Notes under the pieces: generated by a model | Told to the model about the DNA's origin: nothing | What the model saw: only the letters and a program-made list of their open reading frames with translations | Databases searched by the model: none | Source of the DNA: an uncultured delta proteobacterium | Lineage (GTDB): Bacteria > Myxococcota_A > Polyangia > Polyangiales > Polyangiaceae | NCBI GenBank assembly: GCA_963806225.1 | Contig: CAWDXG010000001.1 | Coordinates: 480,001-544,000, forward strand | Direction: 5' to 3' | Length of the DNA: 64,000 nt | Position numbers and translations under genes: made by a program | Part shown: positions 25,041 through 35,513 of the stretch, in pieces | How positions within the stretch are numbered: position 1 is the first letter of the stretch | How the letters are laid out: every line of letters begins with the position of its first letter

Positions 25041-25915
25041 TGAACGCGCGCCTCGCTACCGGTTTATCGTTGCTCGCGTCGCTGGTCGTCGCGGCGCCGG
25101 CGTACTCACAGGTCCAGTGCACGCCGTGGAAGGGCTGCACCGTCACGGTCCAGCCGCCGCCCGTCTCGGCGCAAGGCCAGGCGCAGGGTCAGGGTTCGGC
25201 CAGCGCGCCGTCCGGGCAGACCGCCTGGCAGGCGGAGCTCGCGCGCCGCGCACAGTGGAAGGCGTACTTCGACTGGCGCGCGCAGGTGTGGGCCGAAGCC
25301 CAGGCTTCGATCGATGCGCGCGTGTACCTCGACGGCATGAAACAACAGGCTCGCCTGGTGCCGGATCGGTACGCATCGATGGCGTCGCCCGCGTATGCTG
25401 CCCCAGGCGACGCAACCGTCAGCTTCCCGCGGGTCGATATCGGTTTCCTCGGTTTCTGCGTCGGGGAGTACTCCGGTTCTGGCGGCGCGATGTACGTCGG
25501 CTACTGCCCCGCCTTCCGCTACCGCTTCGACCCGAACTGGGCGCTCGAAATGGATCCCGCCGTCGTCCAGGGCAAGTACGCGGGGCACGGTTTCGCGATG
25601 CTCGGCCTGCATCCCGGCGTGGAGTACGGCTTTGCCGTGGGCAAGCGCGGCCTCGCCGCGTCGCATCTGTACACCGTCGGCGGTCTCGATCTGTGGTTTC
25701 CCGTGTCGAATACCGACATCACGCCGACGGCGTTCCTCGGCGGCCATCTGGGCCTCGGCGCAACCCTCTCGGGCGAGACGTGGGGCATCGGTTTCGAAGT
25801 GCGCGGCCTGGTGCGCGGAGGGCTGGGCGACGGCGGCAACACTCTGGCGCGCTCGATGTCCACCTTCCGCGTCGGTTTCGAGATCCGCGCACCCGTGATC
25901 TACGTCTCGTTCTGA
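25040..25915 (+). CDS. Exported protein: helical N-terminus + probable small OM beta-barrel
   Basis: TGATG coupling to the upstream gene; signal peptide AYS-Q; ends IYVSF*. Confidence 0.65.
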   Translation: MNARLATGLSLLASLVVAAPAYSQVQCTPWKGCTVTVQPPPVSAQGQAQGQGSASAPSGQTAWQAELARRAQWKAYFDWRAQVWAEAQASIDARVYLDGMKQQARLVPDRYASMASPAYAAPGDATVSFPRVDIGFLGFCVGEYSGSGGAMYVGYCPAFRYRFDPNWALEMDPAVVQGKYAGHGFAMLGLHPGVEYGFAVGKRGLAASHLYTVGGLDLWFPVSNTDITPTAFLGGHLGLGATLSGETWGIGFEVRGLVRGGLGDGGNTLARSMSTFRVGFEIRAPVIYVSF

Positions 25916-26006
25916 ATCCTCCGGTCCGGGGTGATGCCCGCGATGCGCGCTCCCGGCATGACGCGCGCCAGCCCGGAGTCGATCCCGGCCGGTGGTGCGG
26001 CGCAAG

Positions 26007-27071
26007 TCACGGGCAGTATCGGATGCGGAGCACTTCGCCGCCGCTCGCTCCACTGCCGGCTCCCGTCGTGGCGGCGATCACACCGGGAGTGACGGCAAGT
26101 ACGTACGGCAGCGCCTGCGGGTACGCGAGAAGCGATTGCGCCGCGCCACCACCGAGCTGCGCGCGCCAGATGCCGCGGTCGGTGTTGCTCGCGGAGCTCC
26201 GCCCCGTCGACCAGTACAGGTAGTCTCCGGACACTGCCACGCCGAACGGCGATGACGCATGCGCGACGACGCTCTTGTCTCCGGTCTGCTTGTCGATGCG
26301 GTAGACGGCGCCGTCGCGCGTGCTGGCCCAGTAGAGCGACGCTCCGTGCTCCGCGAGGCTCCACGTGCCCTCGGTCGTGTCGAACAGCGTGCCCTGCGCC
26401 AGCTCCACCGGGTCGGCACCTCCGGGCGAGACGCGCCAGAGCGCTGCTTCGGCTGGATCCTGTTTTGCCGTGGCACCAACCTGGAAGAACAGGTGCGCGC
26501 CGTCGGCCACCAGCGCGGTCGGATCGCCGCCCGTGTGCGCCACCTCGTCCACCTCGCCGCCTTGTGCGGAAACCCGATCGACGGCGCCGTTGACCGTGAA
26601 GAACACGGTGCCGTCCAGCACCGCGAGGGCCATCGGACCGTCGAGCCCCGAGGCCAGCGTGACGGGTGTGCCACCTTGCTTCTGGATCGAGCGGATCGTT
26701 CCGGCATCGTAGTCGGTCCAGTAGAGCGCGCCGTTGTCCTGGGAGATCGCATAGGGCACCGTCTCCGCGTCGGTCAGCACTTCGGAAGCTCCGCCGGAGA
26801 GCGGCGCGCGGACGATCGCACCGACGCCATCGGGCCACGGGGTGCCCCACGTGGTGAAGTACACTGCATCGGAGTCGGCGATGACGGCGCGCGTAGCGTC
26901 GGGGCTGGTCCAGCGCGTGACGCTGGTGTCGGTACAGCTCGCGGGGTGGGATCCGGTCGATACCCCCCCCGCACCCGCGGCGCCGACGGCGTCGCCGTTC
27001 TCGACGACTCCATTGCAGGCGGACAGGACGACGAGCGCGGACAGAATCGAAAAGCAGGGAATCAAGCGCAT
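26007..27071 (-). CDS. Beta-propeller lipoprotein (DUF5050/LRP-like YW repeats)
   Basis: Lipobox LSAC; repeats P.ALAVD...LYW......I.R..K.GG; RBS GGAGGAG. Confidence 0.8.
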   Translation of the reverse strand: MRLIPCFSILSALVVLSACNGVVENGDAVGAAGAGGVSTGSHPASCTDTSVTRWTSPDATRAVIADSDAVYFTTWGTPWPDGVGAIVRAPLSGGASEVLTDAETVPYAISQDNGALYWTDYDAGTIRSIQKQGGTPVTLASGLDGPMALAVLDGTVFFTVNGAVDRVSAQGGEVDEVAHTGGDPTALVADGAHLFFQVGATAKQDPAEAALWRVSPGGADPVELAQGTLFDTTEGTWSLAEHGASLYWASTRDGAVYRIDKQTGDKSVVAHASSPFGVAVSGDYLYWSTGRSSASNTDRGIWRAQLGGGAAQSLLAYPQALPYVLAVTPGVIAATTGAGSGASGGEVLRIRYCP

Positions 27072-27093
27072 GAAAGCTCCTCCTGCCCTGGTA

Positions 27094-27118
27094 ATGGGTA
27101 CAGCCCCGGCGCCGGATC
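27094..27118 (-). promoter_or_regulatory. Putative ECF sigma promoter GATCC-N16-CCAT
   Basis: The same motif with the same spacing occurs upstream of the ECF sigma gene (29099-29123). Confidence 0.6.
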
Positions 27119-27153
27119 ACGAAAAAGCACTCGCGGCGGCGAGCGGACGTCGT

Positions 27154-27735
27154 TCAGCGCAGACGTGTCCACTCGAAGTCGACGCTCTGACCGTCCGTCA
27201 CCGACACGACCAGCAGCTTGACGACGAGGTCGGACGCGCCGTCCCTGACGACGCGCAGAGCGTAGACGTGGCCGCGGAAGGGACGCGCGTGCCCAGTCGT
27301 GCTCATGGAAAGCTGCGACGGCGGCGTGCCGAGCACGGGCGCGGCGTCCGGATCGTTGAACTTCCCGGACTCGAGCGCGAGTGCGGCGTAGCCCTGCCCG
27401 CTGCCGACTGTCTCGGTCACGCCGAGTTTCCCGGCAACCGCTGCGTCGGGCCCCAGGTCGACGATGATGCCGCGTTCGCCCCCCTGCACGCCGACCGCGA
27501 ATTCGTCCGGGATCAGGTTCGCGTAGTCTATATGGCTGCCGGCGTTCCGGACCTGGCCGTTTTCGATAACGCTGCCGTAGCGGCCGCGCACGAAATCGAA
27601 CGTGTGGCGCAACGGATCGGCGGCGACGAGCTCGACCTCCCCGCTGCCGAGTTGGCCGTTTTCGGTGACCGTGACGTCGTTGAGGCACGCCGGAAGGGCC
27701 ACGAGCAGGACCAGGACAAGGATCCACTTCGTCAT
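27154..27735 (-). CDS. Small beta-rich lipoprotein
   Basis: Lipobox LPAC; ATGA overlap with the anti-sigma gene. Confidence 0.7.
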   Translation of the reverse strand: MTKWILVLVLLVALPACLNDVTVTENGQLGSGEVELVAADPLRHTFDFVRGRYGSVIENGQVRNAGSHIDYANLIPDEFAVGVQGGERGIIVDLGPDAAVAGKLGVTETVGSGQGYAALALESGKFNDPDAAPVLGTPPSQLSMSTTGHARPFRGHVYALRVVRDGASDLVVKLLVVSVTDGQSVDFEWTRLR

Positions 27736-28481
27736 GGCGCCTCCACACAGCGCCGGGCGCGTTCCGAAAGCGGTCCGCCCGGATGGCGCGCGAGGAAGCC
27801 GCGCGCGAGCGCTGCGGCCCGGGCGCGGTCGCCGGCGCGGGCCAGCGCTTCGATGCGCAGCACGGTCGCCTCCGGAGCAAGCGCGCCGTCAGGGAACCGC
27901 GCGGCGTAGTCGTCAAGCGCGTCGAGCGCCGCGCGCGGCACGCCGCCGGACAGCGCCGAGCGCGCGCGGTCGAGCGCCGCGACTTCCTGCGCGAGGCGGG
28001 TGGACGGCGCGGCAGCCGACGCGCTGGGCGTCGCGGGCCGCGACGGTGGCGGGGGAGTGTGCGTCGTTGGCGCTGCGGACGACGCCAGGACAGGCACTAC
28101 GGGGCGCGAACGCTTCACGGCGGGCGCGGGACGCCGCGGCGGCGCCGAAGCAGCGCGGCGCGCCGGCCCGGCCGGGCGCTCGGCAAGCCTCTCGACGCCC
28201 ACGGCGCCGCCGGCCACGATGGCCCCCGACACCAGGCCGATCGCAAACGCCTTGAACACACCCGCCGCGATCGCGCTCGAACCGCCCGCGGCAGCGTGCG
28301 CCCCCTGCACGGCGGCGTGCCCCGCGCCCGCCGCAGCCCCCAGGCCGCCGACCGCGGCGAGCGCGCCGGACAGCGCCCGTCGTCGCGCTGCGCTCGGCGC
28401 ACTCGCCTCTTGTGCCGCTTCGAGCAGCGAGCGCTCGAAACCGGCATCGAGCAGGTCAGAGAGCCGCTCCGGATCGCTCAT
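27732..28481 (-). CDS. Putative anti-sigma factor (TM helix, Pro-rich linker, C-terminal TPR-like helices)
   Basis: Coupled to the ECF sigma gene; C-terminal LAQEVAALDRAR...YAARFPDGALAPEA...FLARHP typical of myxobacterial ECF partners. Confidence 0.7.
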   Translation of the reverse strand: MSDPERLSDLLDAGFERSLLEAAQEASAPSAARRRALSGALAAVGGLGAAAGAGHAAVQGAHAAAGGSSAIAAGVFKAFAIGLVSGAIVAGGAVGVERLAERPAGPARRAASAPPRRPAPAVKRSRPVVPVLASSAAPTTHTPPPPSRPATPSASAAAPSTRLAQEVAALDRARSALSGGVPRAALDALDDYAARFPDGALAPEATVLRIEALARAGDRARAAALARGFLARHPGGPLSERARRCVEAP

Positions 28482-29032
28482 GACGCACCTCCAGTCTGCG
28501 CGCGCAGGCGCCTGGCGAGCGAGAGGAATTCGCTGCGCGCGCGCCGGAGCCGCGAAGCGACGGTCCCGCGCGGGACGCCGAGCAGCGCGGCGGTCTCGTC
28601 GGTGGTCAGCTCCTCCAGCTCGAACAGCACGAACACCTCGCGCTCCCGCTCGCCCATCCGGTCGAGGATGCGGTCGAGCAGCGCCAGCCGCTCCTTCGCG
28701 GCCAGCAACTCTTCCGGCCCGGATCGTGGATCGCCGACGTCACGCTGGGGTAGAGTCCGCTGCTGGTTCCGCGCGTGGGCCCGGCGCGCATCGGACGCGA
28801 CGCGCAGCGCAGAACCGTACAGGAACGAGCGCTCGCTGCCGGGCCGCACGTCGGACAGGCGTCGTGCGAACACCACGAACACCTCCTGTGCGGCGTCGTC
28901 GACACCTGACGAGGGCACGCCCAGGCGCGCGAGCAGACGCCAGATATAGTCGAAGTGCTCGGCGACGGCAGCTCGCACCCGCGCTTCGGCATCGGCGCCG
29001 CTCCGCTCCGGGACTACTGTCTCCGTCGCCAT
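28478..29032 (-). CDS. ECF RNA polymerase sigma factor
   Basis: Region 2 DDAAQEVF...RSFLYG; region 4 REVFVLFELEELT..E.A.LLGVPRGTVASRLRRAR. Confidence 0.93.
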   Translation of the reverse strand: MATETVVPERSGADAEARVRAAVAEHFDYIWRLLARLGVPSSGVDDAAQEVFVVFARRLSDVRPGSERSFLYGSALRVASDARRAHARNQQRTLPQRDVGDPRSGPEELLAAKERLALLDRILDRMGEREREVFVLFELEELTTDETAALLGVPRGTVASRLRRARSEFLSLARRLRAQTGGAS

Positions 29033-30153
29033 CGGCACGTACTGTAGCCGTGGACGCAGCGAGGACGGTTCGGGGCCCGGGCATTCCACGTCCAGGTGAT
29101 GGAACAACGCGCGGCTGTGGATCGGAAAATCGTCGCGCCGGCGCCGATTCCAGCGATTCCGGCAATTTGCGGCACGAGGTAGGCCCGGCGCCGGGTGCCG
29201 CGCGCGGGCTGCTCGACCCAGAAGCGGTTCAGGGTCGTGGGCAGCTCGACGCCGCCCGAAAGCTCGAGGAACCAGCGCGGAGACAGCGCCCAGCGCACAC
29301 GGGCCAGCGCGTCCAACGAGAACCAGAACGTCGACGCGCTGCCGCCGGACGAAAGCTCGCCGCCGTGCGAGCCGGACAGCGCGCCGAGGCACGGCTCGAT
29401 CGACAACGCCGGATGCCGGGTGGCGACGCGCAGCGGACACAGCTCGAGGCCCGCTGCGACGCGGTGGAAGCTCGAGAAGGTGGCGTCGGACGCTGTGCCG
29501 CGGGCGTAGCCGAGCGAGGCGCGCAGGCCCGGCGATAGCAGCTGCGTCCCGCCCAGACGCAGCTCGAACGCGGCGCTGCCCATTGGAGCGACGTCCGGAG
29601 CAATGTCGCCGGTGACGCCGGCTGAAGCGACGACGGCGCCGTGCCAGCGCCGCTCGCGATGAACCGGCGGCACGGGCCGCGCTGCACGTCGCCGCGGCAG
29701 AAGCGCGGGGCGCGGAAGCGCTGCCGCGCGCGGAGCGGGGGTGGAGCGGGGCGGCGTTGAAGCGGCGTGCGGCGACGGCGGCGCGGGCGCGGCGGGCGCA
29801 GCGGACGCCCGCTCTCCGCTCATCGCCACCACGATGGCCAGCGCGAGCGCATCGATGACCTCGCCGCAACGGTCGGCCTGGAAGTGCCGCACGCCGCCGG
29901 AGGCGCCGTCCCAGACGAGAGCGGCGTCGAAGCCCGCTCCGGTGCGCGCCACCCGCACCGAAGCGTGGGGCGAGCCGGATGCCACGCGTTCGGCATCCGG
30001 CATGCGGGCGTGGATGCGCGCGACGAGCTCGGCGGTGGGAGGGCAACCGTGCGGCGCGGAGTAGTCCAGACTGAAGCGCGCCGGCGCAGCGGCGCGCGCG
30101 CCGCCTGTCGCAAACAGGAGCACCAGCAACAGCGCCGGCGGGAGGGCTCGCAC
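29014..30153 (-). CDS. Exported protein with C-terminal beta-barrel-like region, upstream partner of the ECF sigma
   Basis: Signal peptide; Y.AP.GCP motif; Pro-rich linker; amphipathic strands. The tail after GATIF looks non-native. Confidence 0.6.
   Translation of the reverse strand: MRALPPALLLVLLFATGGARAAAPARFSLDYSAPHGCPPTAELVARIHARMPDAERVASGSPHASVRVARTGAGFDAALVWDGASGGVRHFQADRCGEVIDALALAIVVAMSGERASAAPAAPAPPSPHAASTPPRSTPAPRAAALPRPALLPRRRAARPVPPVHRERRWHGAVVASAGVTGDIAPDVAPMGSAAFELRLGGTQLLSPGLRASLGYARGTASDATFSSFHRVAAGLELCPLRVATRHPALSIEPCLGALSGSHGGELSSGGSASTFWFSLDALARVRWALSPRWFLELSGGVELPTTLNRFWVEQPARGTRRRAYLVPQIAGIAGIGAGATIFRSTAARCSITWTWNARAPNRPRCVHGYSTCRWRRRQ
29099..29123 (-). promoter_or_regulatory. 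Putative autoregulatory ECF promoter GATCC-N16-CCAT
   Basis: About 67 nt upstream of the sigma ATG; same motif and spacing as 27094-27118. Confidence 0.6.
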
Positions 30154-30273
30154 GGCCGGTGGAGTATCACGGTACTGCCCCCGCCGGGGCACTGTCAGGA
30201 GAGGTGCCAACCAGAGGGCGAGGCGGTCGCCTGCGCGCGCGCGGCGACCAGCCCTCGACATGTGTGCGGCGAC

Positions 30274-31164
<891 letters not shown>

Positions 31165-31208
31165 GGGGCGGCTTATAGCGACGGACGCGCGTCGCGTCGA
31201 CGCTGGGG

Positions 31209-32747
31209 CTAGGTGCCGCCCCCGGTGCGCTCGACAGCCGACTGCAGCAATAGCTCGATTCGCTTGGGGTCGACCGGCTTCTCGAAGCGCAGGTTCGGTG
31301 CCGAGGCGAGCAGCGACTGGGCGCGTTCGGTGACGGCGCCGCCGCTCAGGAACACGATGCGGCGCTCGAGTCCGCCGCCGCGGGCGGCGAGCCGCTCGTA
31401 GACATCCATGCCGGTCACATCCGGCATCATCAGATCGCACAGGATGATGTCGAACCCGCTATCCTCCTCGAGCAGCGCTAGCGCTTCGGCGCCGCCGGAC
31501 ATCGCGGTCACGTTGTGGCGTCTGAGAAGACGCTGCATCGACTTCAGTACGAGCTGGTCGTCGTCGACGAGAAGGATGCGATAGCGGTTCATCTTCACGG
31601 CGTGCATCGCGGCGCTCGAGCGGTGGGGCGCGAAATCCGCCGGGGCAGGAGGCAGCACCAGGCTCACGGTGGTGCCCGCTTCGAGGGTGCTCTCGATGCT
31701 GATCCGCCCGCCGTACTTGTCGACGATGTTGCGGCAGACCGACAGCCCGAGCCCCGTGCCGACGCCGACCGGCTTGGTGGTGAAGAACGGCTCGAACACG
31801 CGCGGGAGCACGTCGGGCGGGATGCCCTTGCCGTTGTCGGCAACCCGCACGCGGGCCTCTCCCGAGGGAGTGGTATCGACGCTGACGCGGATGGTCAGCT
31901 TGCCCTTCTGCTCGTCGCCGGCGGCCTGGGATGCGTTGACGAGCAGATTCAGCAGGACCTGCGCGAGCCGCGAGGCGTTGGCCTTGACGGCTGGCGCCTT
32001 GGCGTAGTCGGTGACGATCTCGGCACCGTGGCGGATGCCGGGTCGGGCCATCTTGAGTGTGGAGCCGACTACGCTAATGAGGTCGACGCGCTCTTCCTGG
32101 TCTTCGCTGCGCGTGAAGGTCTTCAGGTCGCTGACGATTTGGCGGACCCGCTCGACGCCCTGTTGCGCCTCGTGCAGGGCCTCCTCCAGCTCGGGGCGGA
32201 GCGTGGCCACGGAGCCGGCATCCAACCTGGGCAGCTGCTCGACCAGGAAGGCGATGTTCGCGACCACGTAGGCCAGGGGGTTGTTCACCTCGTGGGCGAC
32301 GCCGGCCGCGAGCGTGCCGACCGCCGCCATCCGCTCCGCTTCACGCAACTGGCTCTCGAGTCGTTCCCGATCGCCGAGGTCGCGCACGACGACCGCCAGC
32401 GCGGGGGCGCCGTTCCAGCCGATACGCAGCGTGGACAGCTCTGCAGTGATTTCGATTTTTCCGACGAGACGCCGACGGACCGTAGGGAAGGCCGTCCACT
32501 CGGGCGCGGTGAGCGAGCGCTCGCCGTTCCGGATGACGTCCGCGAGCTCGTCCGGGTGGATCAACTCTCTCCACTCGCGCAACACGAGGTCGTCGGCGGA
32601 GTTGTATCCCAGCATCCGCCCGAGCGCCGCGTTGGCGTAGACGATGCGGCCCATCCGGTGTACGACGATGCCATCCGGAAAGCGGTCGACGATCATCTGC
32701 AGGACGGGGTGGGGTACCGTCGCGACCGCGTCCACGGCAGTACGCAT
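31209..32747 (-). CDS. Hybrid sensor histidine kinase (PAS-HisKA-HATPase-REC)
   Basis: AHEVNNPL H-box; QVLLNLLVNA; DNGKGI; FFTTK..G.GTGLGL; C-terminal REC (LVDD, CDLMMP, KP). Confidence 0.93.
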   Translation of the reverse strand: MRTAVDAVATVPHPVLQMIVDRFPDGIVVHRMGRIVYANAALGRMLGYNSADDLVLREWRELIHPDELADVIRNGERSLTAPEWTAFPTVRRRLVGKIEITAELSTLRIGWNGAPALAVVVRDLGDRERLESQLREAERMAAVGTLAAGVAHEVNNPLAYVVANIAFLVEQLPRLDAGSVATLRPELEEALHEAQQGVERVRQIVSDLKTFTRSEDQEERVDLISVVGSTLKMARPGIRHGAEIVTDYAKAPAVKANASRLAQVLLNLLVNASQAAGDEQKGKLTIRVSVDTTPSGEARVRVADNGKGIPPDVLPRVFEPFFTTKPVGVGTGLGLSVCRNIVDKYGGRISIESTLEAGTTVSLVLPPAPADFAPHRSSAAMHAVKMNRYRILLVDDDQLVLKSMQRLLRRHNVTAMSGGAEALALLEEDSGFDIILCDLMMPDVTGMDVYERLAARGGGLERRIVFLSGGAVTERAQSLLASAPNLRFEKPVDPKRIELLLQSAVERTGGGT

Positions 32748-32918
32748 TCCCGAGCGCCCCGTCTGGGCGCCGGCCTCGTCGCCGGGGTGCTTGCGCGCGC
32801 CTGCCACATCTACAAGCTGAACGTGTGTCGGGCGCCTGTCCAGACACGATGGTGTCGGTTATGGCTCGTCGCGGCAGGGGACGGCTATCCGCGCCCCTGC
32901 CGCGTTCCTCCGGGGGCG

Positions 32919-34259
32919 TCAGCCCGCCGGGTTCGTGACCTGGCCGACGAAGAGCAGCGTTCCGGAGCTGTCGCGGATGAAGAAGATGAACGAATGGTCG
33001 GCGTTGAAGTCCTTGGGCTGCACGGGCATGCCGCCGGCGTTCATGATCACCGCGGTGGCCGCGGCTGCCTCGGTGCCGGACTCGTCCACGCCGACAAAGG
33101 CCTTCTGCAGCACATCGCCGACGTACAGCTCGCGCTTGGGCTCCATGCCGGAGAAGTCGGCGGCCGGAAACTCGAAGGCGTCCTTCATGCCCAGCGCCTG
33201 GAGCGCCGGCTTGAGCGAGGTCGAGCCCCACTCGAACTTGAACTTCGGCAGGCTCACCGAGACTTCGCTGCCCTGCATCGCCTTGTCGACGCCCTGCATC
33301 CAGCTGGTCGACAGGCCCTTCCGGATCTCGTTGAAGTGTCCCTGCGCGGGCAGCACGATGCGCATCGAGACCGCGCCACCGTCGTAGGGCAGGTCGACGA
33401 CCTGGTAGTTCGTGCCCTCGGCGTAGGACAGCGTCTCGGTCTGGTGCATCGTCGACACGGTGACGTCGCTGCCCGACAGCGGGTGGAATGCGGCGTCGGC
33501 GGTGAAGGTCTTGTCGAACGGATAGACCCAGCTGCCGTAGAAGTAGAGCGCGTTGGTCAGCACCAGCCGCGTCGTCGGATCGATGGCGTCCTTGCCGATC
33601 AGGTTCTTGATGCGCCCCTCGGTGTTGTCGCTCACCCAGCCGTTGATGATCTGGCGTGAGCCGTCCGGGTCACTCGCGAAGTCGAGCAGGTGCACGCCGG
33701 CGTCGTAGCTGACGGCGAGGGTGTCGAGGTACGGCGCGTTGAACTGGTAGTCCTTCTGCGCCCAGCTGGCGTTGACCAGATCGAGGCGCAGGCTCTTGTC
33801 GCCCTCGTCCGTCTTGTGCGGCGCGATGTTCTCCGACGCGAGCGCCATCGCGAGCTTGTTCAGCGCGGGGTGGAGCTTTTCCTGCGGCAGGTCGAAGTGC
33901 ATGGCCTGCGCCATCTGCGTGGCGGTGTCGCCCTTCGCTCCCGCGTAGGTCATCGCCAGCGCGACGGTTGCGCTGATCGGCGACATGATCACGTTGCCGT
34001 CGTCCGACTGCGTGAGCTGGGAGTAGAGGTCGAACGCAAAGTCGCTATTGCCGGTGAGGAGCGACTGGTAGTCGGGGTCGGCGACCTGGGGATTCTTCTC
34101 GTGCTGCAGCGACGAGCGCGCGATGTCGGCGCCGCTTCCACCTCCGGTGCCTCCGGTGCCGGTGCCAGCCGGTTGGTTGGAGGAACCGCAGCCGACCGCC
34201 GCCAGCAGTGCCAAAGTGGCCCCCGAAAGTCCCATTTTCCTACCGAGATTCCGCATCAT
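32919..34259 (-). CDS. Serpin (serine protease inhibitor) lipoprotein
   Basis: NVIMSPIS, INGWVSDNTEGRI, NALYFYGSW, LPKF, hinge DESGTEAAAATA and FNADHSFIFFI; lipobox AAVGC. Confidence 0.95.
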   Translation of the reverse strand: MMRNLGRKMGLSGATLALLAAVGCGSSNQPAGTGTGGTGGGSGADIARSSLQHEKNPQVADPDYQSLLTGNSDFAFDLYSQLTQSDDGNVIMSPISATVALAMTYAGAKGDTATQMAQAMHFDLPQEKLHPALNKLAMALASENIAPHKTDEGDKSLRLDLVNASWAQKDYQFNAPYLDTLAVSYDAGVHLLDFASDPDGSRQIINGWVSDNTEGRIKNLIGKDAIDPTTRLVLTNALYFYGSWVYPFDKTFTADAAFHPLSGSDVTVSTMHQTETLSYAEGTNYQVVDLPYDGGAVSMRIVLPAQGHFNEIRKGLSTSWMQGVDKAMQGSEVSVSLPKFKFEWGSTSLKPALQALGMKDAFEFPAADFSGMEPKRELYVGDVLQKAFVGVDESGTEAAAATAVIMNAGGMPVQPKDFNADHSFIFFIRDSSGTLLFVGQVTNPAG

Positions 34260-34308
34260 TTTCCGTGTCTCCCTGGGTGCGGCGTACGTGCCGCGTGCCC
34301 CGCCCCCA

Positions 34309-34324
34309 AGCAACCGGTGTGCCA
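34309..34324 (-). promoter_or_regulatory. Sigma-54 promoter of the serpin gene
   Basis: TGGCACACCGGTTGCT matches the -24/-12 consensus with exact spacing. Confidence 0.75.
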
Positions 34325-34524
34325 CACCGGAGCACGTGTGACTACCCGTGCCGCAGACCGGATTCCTGCAGATCGAGCCGCCGCAGTGTGCCAGATCGTG
34401 CCAGCAGGCGGACGGCGTTGTCCCGGGCTTCTTTGCCGAGGGCAACTGCTGCGCTTCGAACTTCCGGCTCGAGACGAACTTCGAGTTCGTCGACTGCGGC
34501 GTCATCAAGTAGGCGCTGGCGCGG

Positions 34525-35463
34525 CTATTTGGCCGCGGCGGTATCCGGCGAGAACGGCTTCATGCCCGCCGGGTCCTTGCAGCAGCGGGTGCTGACGAAA
34601 TAGTAGCTGAAGGTCGGGTAGTGACTGGTCGTGACGGGCCGGCAGGCGTTGCGAACGTGCCCCCACGCGCCGCCCTTGAGCGCCGCGAAGACGGCGTGCT
34701 CCTTCGGGCGGTCGTGAGCCGCGAGCGTCCACTCGTCGAAGTTGCCGGTCATGTCGTACACGCCGTATCCGCTCACGCACTCCGGCTTGCCGCCGCTCGG
34801 CACGCTCTCGTCGAGGCGCTTCAGTTCCGGATCGCGGACGGCTGGCTTTTCCGAGTAGATCTTCGCGAGGCTCGGCTTGATCCAGCGGTTGTCGATGTTG
34901 CAGATCTTCTTCGACCGCACGTAGCCGGCGGGGAAGGGCAGGTCCTTCGGCCCTTCGCAGGCCGCTGTCCACTCGCTCTCGTAGCAGAGGCGCTTGCCCT
35001 CGGCGGCGCACTTCCCCATGGCCGTGTACCAGTCGATCATGACCGGCGGGTGCGCGCCCTTCTTGTTCGGGTACTCGTAGCGGTCGATGCAGAAGTCGAG
35101 CTGGATGTGCTGGCCGATGCACTTCGGCGGCGCCTGCTTGAACTCCTGGCAGATGTGCAGGTGGTTCGGCTTGTCGTAGGTGCTGTGCAGGCAGGTACGC
35201 TCCACCTTGGTGCAGAAGTTCTTCTTGATGTGGATCATGCCGTCGGGGCATTGCGCCTGGGCGGTCGCGGCCTCGGCTCCGGCATCGCCCGCCTCCGGCG
35301 CGGCGTCCGGCGTTCCGGCGTCGACGGCTGGAGCGGGTGCAAGCGTCGTGGCCGGCGGGGGCGGCGGAGGCGCCGGCATCTGCGCTCCGCCGCACGCCGA
35401 AAGCCCCGTGAGCGCGAACGCCGTCCCCAGCTGGCGCGCAATCTGTCGCGAGAGACGACCCAC
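34525..35463 (-). CDS. FGE/SUMF1-domain lipoprotein
   Basis: FCIDRYEYP, GKRLC.E.EW..AC, GVYDMTGNFDEW, KGGAW and TRCC; lipobox LSAC. Confidence 0.88.
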   Translation of the reverse strand: MGRLSRQIARQLGTAFALTGLSACGGAQMPAPPPPPPATTLAPAPAVDAGTPDAAPEAGDAGAEAATAQAQCPDGMIHIKKNFCTKVERTCLHSTYDKPNHLHICQEFKQAPPKCIGQHIQLDFCIDRYEYPNKKGAHPPVMIDWYTAMGKCAAEGKRLCYESEWTAACEGPKDLPFPAGYVRSKKICNIDNRWIKPSLAKIYSEKPAVRDPELKRLDESVPSGGKPECVSGYGVYDMTGNFDEWTLAAHDRPKEHAVFAALKGGAWGHVRNACRPVTTSHYPTFSYYFVSTRCCKDPAGMKPFSPDTAAAK

Positions 35464-35513
35464 GGCCCGTGCCTAGCACGCGCCGCGTGTGCGGCGCGAC
35501 ACCGGCCGCGGGG

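Noticed and set aside
28478..30046. 522-aa ECF sigma with a long N-terminal extension
   Set aside because: The extension is an alternative frame over the upstream gene; the real start is probably 29032.
18556..30273. Integron cassette array or prophage
   Set aside because: Mixed gene orientation, no repeated attC-like sites, and no integrase or phage genes.
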